The notes under the pieces are model-generated. The model saw nothing but the letters and a program-made list of their open reading frames with translations. It was not told the origin of the DNA and did no database searches. From Marinomonas communis (GTDB taxonomy: Bacteria > Pseudomonadota > Gammaproteobacteria > Pseudomonadales > Marinomonadaceae), in assembly GCF_004363305.1 (NCBI RefSeq), contig NZ_SNZA01000005.1:269014-301013 (forward strand): 32,000 bases of DNA. Reading direction: 5' to 3'. Below, piece after piece: positions 14,707-23,329 of the stretch. The first letter of the stretch is position 1, and each line of letters opens with the position of its first letter. The translations under genes were made by a program, and so were the position numbers.

Positions 14707-15366
14707 CTAATGTTCGTTTAAATCCGTTGTGTAACGAACGCCTGACTCAGGCAAAGGTTGTCCATCTAACATGGCTTGGCCACTTTCCAGTTTCAGCCTA
14801 CCTGAACTGAACCATTTAACACTGAGTGGATAAATGATGTGCTCAAGAGCATGAACTTTTTGAGCTAAAGAGTCTGCCGTATCGTTTTCGTTAATCTCAG
14901 TACTTGCTTGTAAGACCACTGATCCTGCATCAAGTTCCGAAGTCACAAAATGAACCGACACACCATGCTCCGATTCGCCCGCATCAATTGCACGTTGATG
15001 AGTATTCAGGCCTTTGTATTTCGGTAACAAAGAAGGGTGAATATTCAACATGCGGCCTTCATAGTGGCGCGTGAATTCTTCGGTAAGAATACGCATAAAT
15101 CCAGCCAGTACAACCAGCTTAGGTTGATATTGATCAATCAGGCTCATCAGAGCTTGATCAAATAACTCTCGGCTTTCAAATTGCTTATGATCCAAGGCGT
15201 GGTTTGCAATGCCAGCTTGACTGGCACGCTCTAATCCGTACGCAGACGCTTTATTGCTGATAACGGCTTTGATATCAATGTCTAATTGACCTTGCAGGCT
15301 TTGATCAATCAAAGCCTGCAAATTACTGCCGCTGCCAGAAATTAGCACAACGACTGGAAAACTCAT
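14707..15366 (-). CDS. purN: Phosphoribosylglycinamide formyltransferase
   Basis: 219 aa. [27 protein letters not shown] and [19 protein letters not shown] are classic PurN motifs. The gene overlaps the purM stop by 4 nt. Confidence 0.95.
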   Translation of the reverse strand: MSFPVVVLISGSGSNLQALIDQSLQGQLDIDIKAVISNKASAYGLERASQAGIANHALDHKQFESRELFDQALMSLIDQYQPKLVVLAGFMRILTEEFTRHYEGRMLNIHPSLLPKYKGLNTHQRAIDAGESEHGVSVHFVTSELDAGSVVLQASTEINENDTADSLAQKVHALEHIIYPLSVKWFSSGRLKLESGQAMLDGQPLPESGVRYTTDLNEH

Positions 15367-16418
15367 GCAGAAGCCTCAAGGTCAGAGATCACAACCTCTT
15401 TTCCGGCTTTCTCACGAATTTCACCGATTACCCATGCGTTTTCGCCTTCGGCTTTAAGAATTGCAAGAGCGTTTTCTACATCTGCTTTATCGATCGCAAG
15501 TACCATACCGACACCACAGTTTAGTACGCGGTACATTTCTTCTTGCTCAACGTTGCCTTGCTCTTGTAGCCAATCAAAGATGGCAGGACGAGTCCAGCTT
15601 GCAGCATCAATGTAGGCCGCAGCACCTTCAGGAAGAACGCGCGGGATGTTCTCAAGTAGACCGCCACCCGTGATGTGTGAAAGTGCTTTTACGTTTACTG
15701 ACTCCATCAATTTAAGGATAGATTTAACGTAAATTTTAGTCGGCGCAAGTAGAGCATCTTTTAGCGCTACGCCGTCAACTTCTTGATCCAGCTTGGCACC
15801 ACTTACTTCAAGGATCTTACGGATCAAAGAATAGCCGTTTGAGTGTGGGCCAGATGAGCCAAGTGCGATCAGGGTGTTGCCTGCTTCAACTTTGCTACCA
15901 TCAATGATTTGGTCTTCTTCAACCACACCAACACAGAAGCCAGCTAGGTCGTAATCACCGTCATGGTACATGCCAGGCATCTCTGCAGTTTCGCCACCAA
16001 CTAGCGCACATCCAGATTGAAGACAGCCTTCACCGATGCCTGTTACAACGTCCGCAGCAACATCAACGTCTAGTTTGCCTGTTGCGTAGTAGTCAAGGAA
16101 CAACAGCGGTTCGGCACCTGCAACAACAAGATCGTTAACACACATCGCTACCAAGTCGATACCAATCGTATCGTGCTTGTTAAGGTCCATTGCCAAGCGT
16201 AATTTTGTACCCACGCCATCAGTACCAGAAACTAAGACAGGGTTTTTGTACTTTTGAGGTAGTCGTGTCAGTGCGCCAAAGCCACCTAAGCCACCTAGTA
16301 CTTCAGGTCGGCGTGTTTTTTTACTGACGCCCTTAATACGTTCAACCAATTCGTTGCCCGCGTTAATGTCTACGCCTGCGTCTTTGTAACTAATCGAGGT
16401 TTTTTTCGATTCGGTCAT
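15363..16418 (-). CDS. purM: Phosphoribosylformylglycinamidine cyclo-ligase (AIR synthetase)
   Basis: 351 aa. [32 protein letters not shown] and GGETAEMPG are PurM signatures. Confidence 0.95.
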   Translation of the reverse strand: MTESKKTSISYKDAGVDINAGNELVERIKGVSKKTRRPEVLGGLGGFGALTRLPQKYKNPVLVSGTDGVGTKLRLAMDLNKHDTIGIDLVAMCVNDLVVAGAEPLLFLDYYATGKLDVDVAADVVTGIGEGCLQSGCALVGGETAEMPGMYHDGDYDLAGFCVGVVEEDQIIDGSKVEAGNTLIALGSSGPHSNGYSLIRKILEVSGAKLDQEVDGVALKDALLAPTKIYVKSILKLMESVNVKALSHITGGGLLENIPRVLPEGAAAYIDAASWTRPAIFDWLQEQGNVEQEEMYRVLNCGVGMVLAIDKADVENALAILKAEGENAWVIGEIREKAGKEVVISDLEASA

Positions 16419-16538
16419 TGCCTATGCCTTATCATGGTGTGGGAAAAGCGGCATTTTAACACAGTGGAAAATAAGGGCTATGGTTCTTTGCATAGAAGAC
16501 AGTAGAATAGAGAAAATACGATATGAAAGGGGATAGTT

Positions 16539-17630
16539 TTGAAGCGTATTGTTTGTTTATGGTTGCTGATGTTGTCGTCCCTCGGGCATGCGGTACAAGT
16601 ATCAAATTTGTATTCCGCCGTTGTCCAAGTACCCGCCAGCTTAGATGATCGCCAGCTACTAAATCGTGCATTTAATGAAGCGATTGATGATGTGTTGGCG
16701 CGAGTTTCCGGGCAACAACAAGATATTTCTTCTCGTGTAACTCAAAAAGCACATCAGTCTGCAGCCAGTTGGGTGGCACAGCACTCCGTTCAAGATGTGA
16801 TTGATACCATCGAGGGTGCGGATGGTCCTGAAGCGGCCAAAGAAATCAATGTCACTTTTTACAAAGAGTCGGTTGATTCGTTCTTATATGATAACGACCT
16901 ACCTGTGTGGGGAGAGAATAGACCAAGTATTTTGGTTTGGTTGATAGAAGATCAATCAGGTCAACGTCAAATGTTTGGTGCGAATCAGCCGTCTTCGGCA
17001 CTATCTAAGTTATTTGATGACGCGAAGCACTTTGGTTTGCCTGTTTATGCGCCTTTAGTGGATGCGACAGATAGGCAAACACTAAGCTCAAGTGCTTTGT
17101 GGGGGTTCTTTGAAGAAGATATTTTAGCAGCGAGTCAGCGTTACCAAACGGATGTTGTCTTGGCGATACGTCTGAGTGAATATCGTGGTGAAGCCGTAGT
17201 TGAGTCAATGCTGCTTACACCAAATCAGTCATCTCGTTTGATTTCTGCAACCAAGCCAACGCAGCAAGAAGCGGTAGAAGAGGTTTTGGTGCGTTTAGCT
17301 GCTTTGCTTTCTGATCGCTATGCTTCTATAAAAACGCTTACTCCGCAAGAAATGTATGTTCAAGTAGATGGGGTTCGTAACTATACGGCGATGTCCACCT
17401 TGCGTCAGTATATTTCATCAATGGGAATCGTGAAGCAGGTTCAGTTAAAAAGCATCGTTGAAGGGCAGGTTGGATTAGATATCTTACTTAATGGTACGCC
17501 TGAAAAGTTCGCTAATACTGTGGCGTTAAACTCTGTATTAAGCAGCAGCTTACAAACTGCTGGTATGACAGATCCATTGTTGAATTCTCTTCATTATCAG
17601 TACACAGGTAAAGGTAAAATAAATGACTAA
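16539..17630 (+). CDS. Secreted hypothetical protein, DUF2066-like
   Basis: 363 aa. TTG start 7 nt after AGGGG, with signal peptide MKRIVCLWLLMLSSLGHA. It is divergent from purM, the position I recall for DUF2066 genes in many gammaproteobacteria. The family assignment is from memory. Confidence 0.6.
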   Translation: MKRIVCLWLLMLSSLGHAVQVSNLYSAVVQVPASLDDRQLLNRAFNEAIDDVLARVSGQQQDISSRVTQKAHQSAASWVAQHSVQDVIDTIEGADGPEAAKEINVTFYKESVDSFLYDNDLPVWGENRPSILVWLIEDQSGQRQMFGANQPSSALSKLFDDAKHFGLPVYAPLVDATDRQTLSSSALWGFFEEDILAASQRYQTDVVLAIRLSEYRGEAVVESMLLTPNQSSRLISATKPTQQEAVEEVLVRLAALLSDRYASIKTLTPQEMYVQVDGVRNYTAMSTLRQYISSMGIVKQVQLKSIVEGQVGLDILLNGTPEKFANTVALNSVLSSSLQTAGMTDPLLNSLHYQYTGKGKIND

Positions 17631-17856
17631 CGAGGTTGACGTTACACCAATAGAGAAGGACTTCTTTGCTCGCTCTCCAGAAGAGCAGAGCGACTTTTTG
17701 CAACAGACTTGGTGCAACCAATGTATGGAAATGGATTTAGGTATGAAAAATCCACAAGAGTTTGAAGCTGGAGAGCGTAATTGGATTGAAGGTGAGTGCG
17801 TTAAGTGCGGCTCTAAAGTTGTGACCGAGCTTGTTTTTGAAGATGACGAAGAATAA
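17623..17856 (+). CDS. Small acidic protein with a putative CxxC...CxxC zinc ribbon
   Basis: 77 aa. CNQC and CVKC lie 27 residues apart, and the C-terminus is acidic (FEDDEE). The ATG overlaps the upstream gene by 8 nt, and a strong terminator follows. Confidence 0.5.
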   Translation: MTNEVDVTPIEKDFFARSPEEQSDFLQQTWCNQCMEMDLGMKNPQEFEAGERNWIEGECVKCGSKVVTELVFEDDEE

Positions 17857-17875
17857 AACTTCATCTCCCTAATGC

Positions 17876-17907
17876 AAAAAAAAAGCGGCTTAAAAGCCGC
17901 TTTTTTT
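17876..17907. terminator. Bidirectional intrinsic terminator between the Zn-ribbon gene and gltA
   Basis: A9-GCGGCT-taaa-AGCCGC-T7. The flanking A-run and T-run allow function on both strands for the two convergent genes. Confidence 0.85.
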
Positions 17908-17919
17908 ATGATTAACCAA

Positions 17920-19203
17920 TTACTTATCGGTTGGGTAATCGCGTTCTGTGTGTCCCACGTACAATTGACGAGGACGGCCGATCTTGTAGTTGCCACTGAT
18001 CATTTCGTTCCAGTGTGAGATCCAGCCGATCGTGCGAGACATCGCAAAGATCACCGTAAACATTGACGTTGGGATACCGATGGCTTTCATGATGATGCCA
18101 GAGTAGAAGTCAACGTTAGGGTACAGCTTACGTTCCACAAAGTAAGGGTCTTCAAGGGCAATTTGCTCAAGGCGTTTAGCAATCTTAAGCATTGGGTCAT
18201 CTGACTGACCAAGCTCCGCAAGTACTTGATCACAGGTTTCACGCATAACTTTCGCACGAGGGTCGAAGTTCTTGTAAACGCGGTGACCGAAGCCCATTAG
18301 ACGGAATGGATCGTTTTTGTCTTTCGCCTTAGCAATGAATTCATCAATGTTCGATTCATCGCCAATTTCTTCAAGCATGTTCAAGACCGCTTCGTTAGCA
18401 CCGCCATGGGCTGGGCCCCAAAGCGTAACGAAACCAGCTGCAATACACGCAAACGGATTGGCGCCTGATGATCCTGCAAGACGAACAGTAGATGTAGATG
18501 CGTTTTGCTCGTGATCCGCATGTAGAATAAAGATGCGGTCCATGGCCTTAGCGAACACTGGGTTAACTTTGTATTCTTCACAAGGTGTTGCAAACATCAT
18601 GTGAAGGAAGTTCTCTGCGTAGCTCAAATCGTTACGTGGGTACATGGTCGGTTGACCTTTAGAGTACTTGTAACACATCGCCGCAAGAGTCGGCATTTTA
18701 GAAATCAAGCGGAATGCTGCGATTTCGCGGTGTTTTGGATCGTTAATATCCATGTGATCTTGATAGAAGGCAGATAGAGCACCTACAAGACCCACCATGA
18801 TTGCCATAGGGTGAGCATCGTTGCGGAAGCCGTCTAAGAACTTCTGCATGGACTCAGCAACCATTGTGTGGTTTTTAACAGTTTCTACGAATTCAGCTTT
18901 CTGCGTAGCGCTAGGAAGCTCTCCGTACAAAAGTAGGTAACAAGTCTCAAGATAATCTGAGTTTTCTGCTAGATCGGCGATTTTGTAACCGCGATGTAGT
19001 AAAACACCTGCTTCACCATCGATATAAGTGATCGCAGATTCACATGAGCCAGTCGACATGAAGCCAGGATCGTAAGTAAAGACGCCATGAGAACCTAACG
19101 TTCTTACATCTATTACGTCTTGTCCAGCTGTGCCTGATAATACAGGAAGTTCAATCGGTTGATCGATACCGTCTACTGTTATGCGAGCTTTTTTGTCAGC
19201 CAT
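17920..19203 (-). CDS. gltA: Type II citrate synthase
   Basis: 427 aa. [11 protein letters not shown]...[26 protein letters not shown]...[15 protein letters not shown] are type II citrate synthase signatures. The gene is divergent from sdhC. Confidence 0.97.
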   Translation of the reverse strand: MADKKARITVDGIDQPIELPVLSGTAGQDVIDVRTLGSHGVFTYDPGFMSTGSCESAITYIDGEAGVLLHRGYKIADLAENSDYLETCYLLLYGELPSATQKAEFVETVKNHTMVAESMQKFLDGFRNDAHPMAIMVGLVGALSAFYQDHMDINDPKHREIAAFRLISKMPTLAAMCYKYSKGQPTMYPRNDLSYAENFLHMMFATPCEEYKVNPVFAKAMDRIFILHADHEQNASTSTVRLAGSSGANPFACIAAGFVTLWGPAHGGANEAVLNMLEEIGDESNIDEFIAKAKDKNDPFRLMGFGHRVYKNFDPRAKVMRETCDQVLAELGQSDDPMLKIAKRLEQIALEDPYFVERKLYPNVDFYSGIIMKAIGIPTSMFTVIFAMSRTIGWISHWNEMISGNYKIGRPRQLYVGHTERDYPTDK

Positions 19204-19542
19204 TTTTGGTCTCCTTCGTACTCTGGTCCGGGCAAAGAGCCTTGAATTAGCTCTCCAGGCCCAGAAGGTGCGGAAAAAATACTTTCTTAGTGGTTACAAA
19301 GTCAATTAGACAAATTTCTTAGCGTTTATTAGATCCTAGTAATTTCTATGTAAATTTCTAACAAGAAAATAAAATGAGCTTGCTTAAAATGTGCACAAAC
19401 TTCATCTAAGCTTTTGATAAATAAACATTTAAAAAATATTTTCGATGATTTTAAAAGTGTAATTTTATACCATTATTGCTTAAATTTATGGCTCCATTCA
19501 TTTTATGAATGGCGACCATCAAAAACCCTACGTTCTGTCTAT

Positions 19543-19572
19543 TTGTCTTAGGTTTTTGGCCTAGTCTATAAT
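19543..19572 (+). promoter_or_regulatory. Candidate sigma-70 promoter for sdhCDAB
   Basis: TTGTCT (19543-19548), an 18-nt spacer, then TATAAT (19567-19572). This implies a 5' UTR of about 190 nt, comparable to the long sdhC leader known in E. coli. Confidence 0.4.
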
Positions 19573-19770
19573 TGCGACCCGATGATTTCATTGATTTGTC
19601 GGTGTTATTTAGCAAGTTTGAGTCGCTTGCAACAATATCGTTTGCAAATCGATGGGATTTTCACGGAGGCCTATGTAAACCTTTTGTACGTTTTTAAACG
19701 TAAGAGAAAGGTGACAATAGAACTTGGGTCGTGATTGACCATTCAATCAAACAAAGTGGTGTAAAGAGTC

Positions 19771-20148
19771 GTGAACAAAAAAAGACCAGTCAACCTTGAT
19801 ATTTCCACAATATCAATGCCCGTAACCGCAATAGTCTCTATCCTGCATCGTGTAACAGGGATCATCCTATTTATTGGATTGGTGTTCTTGTTTTACGCGT
19901 TTGACAAATCATTGTCTTCACAGCAAGGCTTTGATCAAGTGGTAGAGATGCTACAAAGCAACTTCCTAGCGAAATTTGTCGTTTGGGGTGTTGTTTCAGC
20001 TTTGATGTACCACTTCGTGGCAGGTGTGAAACACCTGTTTATGGACTTGGGGCATTTCGAAGAACTTGAAAGTGGCCGCGCTGCGGCGAAGGCGAACCTT
20101 GTGATCGCTGTTGTTCTGATTCTACTAGCAGGGGTGTGGATATGGTAA
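19771..20148 (+). CDS. sdhC: Succinate dehydrogenase cytochrome b556 subunit
   Basis: 125 aa. KKRPVNLDISTISMPVTAIVSILHRVTG aligns with the E. coli SdhC N-terminus. GTG start, since an in-frame TAA at 19762 prevents a longer ORF. Confidence 0.9.
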   Translation: MNKKRPVNLDISTISMPVTAIVSILHRVTGIILFIGLVFLFYAFDKSLSSQQGFDQVVEMLQSNFLAKFVVWGVVSALMYHFVAGVKHLFMDLGHFEELESGRAAAKANLVIAVVLILLAGVWIW

Positions 20149-20489
20149 CTCAAATTACTAGTTTTGGCCGTTCAGGTCTGTACGACTGGATGATGCAGCG
20201 TATTTCTGCACTAGTTCTTTCTGTCTACAGCATCTTTATTATCGGCTACCTTCTGCTGAATCCAGATCTTACATACGAACAGTGGAGTGGTTTGTTCGAA
20301 ACTACTTCTATGCGCATCTTCTCATTGTTAGCGCTTTTGTCTGTTGGTATTCACTCTTGGATCGGTTTGTGGTCTGTATCAACTGACTACATTAAAGCAA
20401 CAGGCGTTCGTTTCTTTTTTCAATCTCTATGTGGCTTAGTAATGTTTATCTATGTCGTATGGGGTATTCAGGTTCTTTGGGGGCTGTAA
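20142..20489 (+). CDS. sdhD: Succinate dehydrogenase hydrophobic membrane anchor subunit
   Basis: 115 aa from ATG 20142 (MVTQITSFGRSG, compared with E. coli MVSNASALGRNG), overlapping the sdhC end. Three TM helices and the heme-ligand region SVGIHSWIGLW are present. Confidence 0.9.
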   Translation: MVTQITSFGRSGLYDWMMQRISALVLSVYSIFIIGYLLLNPDLTYEQWSGLFETTSMRIFSLLALLSVGIHSWIGLWSVSTDYIKATGVRFFFQSLCGLVMFIYVVWGIQVLWGL

Positions 20490-20492
20490 ATA

Positions 20493-22265
20493 ATGGCTAA
20501 TATTCGTACTATTTCTTTTGATGCCATTGTAATTGGTGGTGGTGGCGCAGGTATGCGTGCGGCACTTCAATTGACTGAGTCTGGTTTGAACACTGCGTGT
20601 GTAACAAAAGTTTTCCCGACTCGTTCACATACTGTATCTGCGCAGGGTGGTATTACTTGTGCGATTGCAAGTGAAGACCCAAATGATGATTGGCGTTGGC
20701 ACATGTACGATACCGTTAAAGGTTCCGACTACATTGGTGACCAAGACGCTATCGAGTACATGTGTTCTGTAGGTCCACAAGCTGTATTTGAGCTTGAGCA
20801 CATGGGTCTACCTTTCTCTCGTAAAGAAAATGGCCGTATCTACCAGCGTCCTTTCGGTGGTCAGTCAAAAGACTTCGGTAAAGGTGGTCAAGCAGCGCGT
20901 ACTTGTGCAGCAGCTGACCGTACTGGACACGCTCTTCTACATACTCTTTACCAAGCAAACCTTAAAGGTGGCACAACATTCTTTAACGAGTGGTATGCAG
21001 TTGACCTGGTTAAAAACTCTGATGGCGCAATCGTCGGTGCGGTTTCTATCTGTGTAGAAACGGGTGAAGTAGTTTACCTTAAAGCGAAAGCGACGGTTCT
21101 TGCTACAGGTGGTGCAGGTCGTATCTATCAGTCAACGACTAACGCCCACATTAACACTGGTGACGGTGTAGGTATGGCACTGCGTGCTGGCGTGCCAATG
21201 CAAGACATGGAAATGTGGCAGTTCCACCCAACTGGTATTTACGGTGCGGGTACACTGGTTACAGAAGGTTGTCGTGGTGAAGGTGGTTACCTGATCAACA
21301 AAGACGGCGAACGTTTCATGGAGCGTTATGCGCCAAACGCGAAAGACCTTGCAGGTCGTGACGTAGTAGCTCGCTCAATGATTCTTGAGATCCTTGAAGG
21401 TCGTGGCTGTGGTGAAAACGGTGACCATGTTCTTCTAAAGCTTGATCACCTTGGTGAAGAGACGCTAAACAAACGCTTGCCAGGTATCCTTGAACTGTCT
21501 CGTACATTTGCGCACGTTGATCCAGTTAAAGAGCCAATTCCTGTTATTCCAACTTGTCACTACATGATGGGCGGTGTTCCGACTAACGTTGGTGGTCAAG
21601 CGCTGATGCAAAACGAAGCAGGCGAAGATGTTATCGTTCCTGGTTTGTATGCGTGTGGTGAAATCGCTTGTGTATCCGTACACGGTGCGAACCGTCTAGG
21701 TGGTAACTCTCTACTAGACTTGGTGGTATTCGGACGTGCAGTGGGTCTACAGGTTAAAAAGTCTCTAGATGAAGGCTTTGACTCTATGGATGCTAACGAC
21801 ACTGATGTTGAAAAGGCGATGGCTCGTCTAAATCGTTTGAACAACACTACAGGTGGTGAGTCTGTAGCTGAGGTTCGTGCAGAACTGCAAAAAGTAATGC
21901 AGCTTTACTTTGGTGTATTCCGTGAGGGTGCATCAATGCAGAAAGGTTTGCAACAGCTTGAAGAAATTCGTAAGCGTGTTGAGAACCTTCACCTTGAAGA
22001 TAAGAGTATGGCTTTCAACACAGCTCGTATCGAAGCTCTTGAGCTTGAAAACTTGCTAGAAGTGGCGGAAGCAACAGCGATTCCTGCGGAATTCCGTAAG
22101 GAAAGTCGTGGTGCGCATGCTCGTAATGACTTTACTGAACGTGATGATGAAAACTGGTTGAAACACTCTTTGTATCACCCAGCGGATAAGAAAGTGACCA
22201 AGCGTGATGTGAACTTTGCGCCGAAAACAATGGAACCTTTCCCACCTAAAGTACGTTCATACTAA
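20493..22265 (+). CDS. sdhA: Succinate dehydrogenase flavoprotein subunit
   Basis: 590 aa. [27 protein letters not shown] (FAD-linking His) and [18 protein letters not shown] are present. Confidence 0.97.
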   Translation: MANIRTISFDAIVIGGGGAGMRAALQLTESGLNTACVTKVFPTRSHTVSAQGGITCAIASEDPNDDWRWHMYDTVKGSDYIGDQDAIEYMCSVGPQAVFELEHMGLPFSRKENGRIYQRPFGGQSKDFGKGGQAARTCAAADRTGHALLHTLYQANLKGGTTFFNEWYAVDLVKNSDGAIVGAVSICVETGEVVYLKAKATVLATGGAGRIYQSTTNAHINTGDGVGMALRAGVPMQDMEMWQFHPTGIYGAGTLVTEGCRGEGGYLINKDGERFMERYAPNAKDLAGRDVVARSMILEILEGRGCGENGDHVLLKLDHLGEETLNKRLPGILELSRTFAHVDPVKEPIPVIPTCHYMMGGVPTNVGGQALMQNEAGEDVIVPGLYACGEIACVSVHGANRLGGNSLLDLVVFGRAVGLQVKKSLDEGFDSMDANDTDVEKAMARLNRLNNTTGGESVAEVRAELQKVMQLYFGVFREGASMQKGLQQLEEIRKRVENLHLEDKSMAFNTARIEALELENLLEVAEATAIPAEFRKESRGAHARNDFTERDDENWLKHSLYHPADKKVTKRDVNFAPKTMEPFPPKVRSY

Positions 22266-22277
22266 GGAGTTATGTCG

Positions 22278-22982
22278 ATGTTAGTTAGTATCTACCGTTA
22301 CAATCCTGAGAAGGACGATGCTCCTTACATGCAGGATTACGAAGTTGAATTGCCAGCAGGTAAAGACCTGATGGTGTTGGACGTGTTGAACCTTTTGAAG
22401 GCTCAAGATCCAAGCATTTCCTACCGTCGCTCTTGCCGTGAAGGTGTATGTGGCTCTGATGGTATGAACATGTCTGGTAAAAACGGGCTTGCATGTATCA
22501 CGCCTGTTTCTGCAGCAGCTAAGAACAACAAGCTAGTTTTGCGTCCACTTCCTGGTCTGCCAGTAGTGCGTGACCTTGTTGTGGATATGGGACAGTTCTA
22601 CAAGCAGTACGAAAAGATCAAGCCGTTCTTGATCAACGATACGCCAGCGCCTGCAATCGAGCGTCTACAAAGCCCTGAAGAGCGTGAGAAGCTTGACGGT
22701 CTTTACGAGTGTATCTTGTGTGCGTGTTGTTCAACGTCGTGTCCGTCTTTCTGGTGGAACCCAGATAAGTTCATCGGTCCTTCTGGTTTGCTTCAAGCTT
22801 ACCGATTCTTGGCCGATAGCCGTGATACAGCGACACAGGATCGTTTGAGCGACCTTGATGATCCATTTAGTGTATTCCGCTGCCATGGCATCATGAACTG
22901 TGTGAATGTTTGTCCTAAGGGCTTAAATCCTACGAAGGCAATTGGTAACATTCGTACCATGTTGATCCAACGAGCGACCTGA
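22278..22982 (+). CDS. sdhB: Succinate dehydrogenase iron-sulfur subunit
   Basis: CREGVCGSDGMNMSGKNGLAC, CILCACCSTSCPS and CHGIMNCVNVCPKG are the three Fe-S clusters. ATG 22278 is preferred (8 nt after AAGGAG 22264-22269). ATG 22272 is only 2 nt from the SD but cannot be excluded. Confidence 0.93.
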   Translation: MLVSIYRYNPEKDDAPYMQDYEVELPAGKDLMVLDVLNLLKAQDPSISYRRSCREGVCGSDGMNMSGKNGLACITPVSAAAKNNKLVLRPLPGLPVVRDLVVDMGQFYKQYEKIKPFLINDTPAPAIERLQSPEEREKLDGLYECILCACCSTSCPSFWWNPDKFIGPSGLLQAYRFLADSRDTATQDRLSDLDDPFSVFRCHGIMNCVNVCPKGLNPTKAIGNIRTMLIQRAT

Positions 22983-23329
22983 TACTCGTTGAGCGTAAGG
23001 CATTAGTTTTTCGTTAAGATGCCCGTTAGCGACTCTAGTTTATGGAGTCGCTAATCTGCTCAAGCGCAACCTTGAGCAAAAAACATAAAAATAAGTTGCG
23101 AAGAATTTAGTTTTTCATGGCAGATATTTATTTGCGCATGAAAAAACACTAAATAGTCCCATTTGTTACTAAAAACTCTAGTCTTAGTGATTTAGAATAG
23201 GACTGTTTAAGTGTCGTTAGGCGAAAAAAGTAAATAATAAGCTGGCAACTATCTATATAGTTTAACCAGAATGAAAATTTGAGTTATCACATGGTGATAG
23301 CTGGCTCGAACATAAAAGGGTGATCGAGA

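Noticed and set aside
16419-16538. Search for a PurR operator (ACGCAAACGTTTGCGT-like) in the purM/DUF2066 divergent promoter region
   Set aside because: No reasonable match was seen. This fits a lineage lacking PurR-type control, so no regulatory site is reported.
17550-17996. 148-aa minus-strand ORF spanning the end of the DUF2066-like gene, the Zn-ribbon gene, the terminator and the end of gltA
   Set aside because: It would read through a strong bidirectional terminator and overlap three better-supported genes. Its composition looks like non-coding reverse frame.
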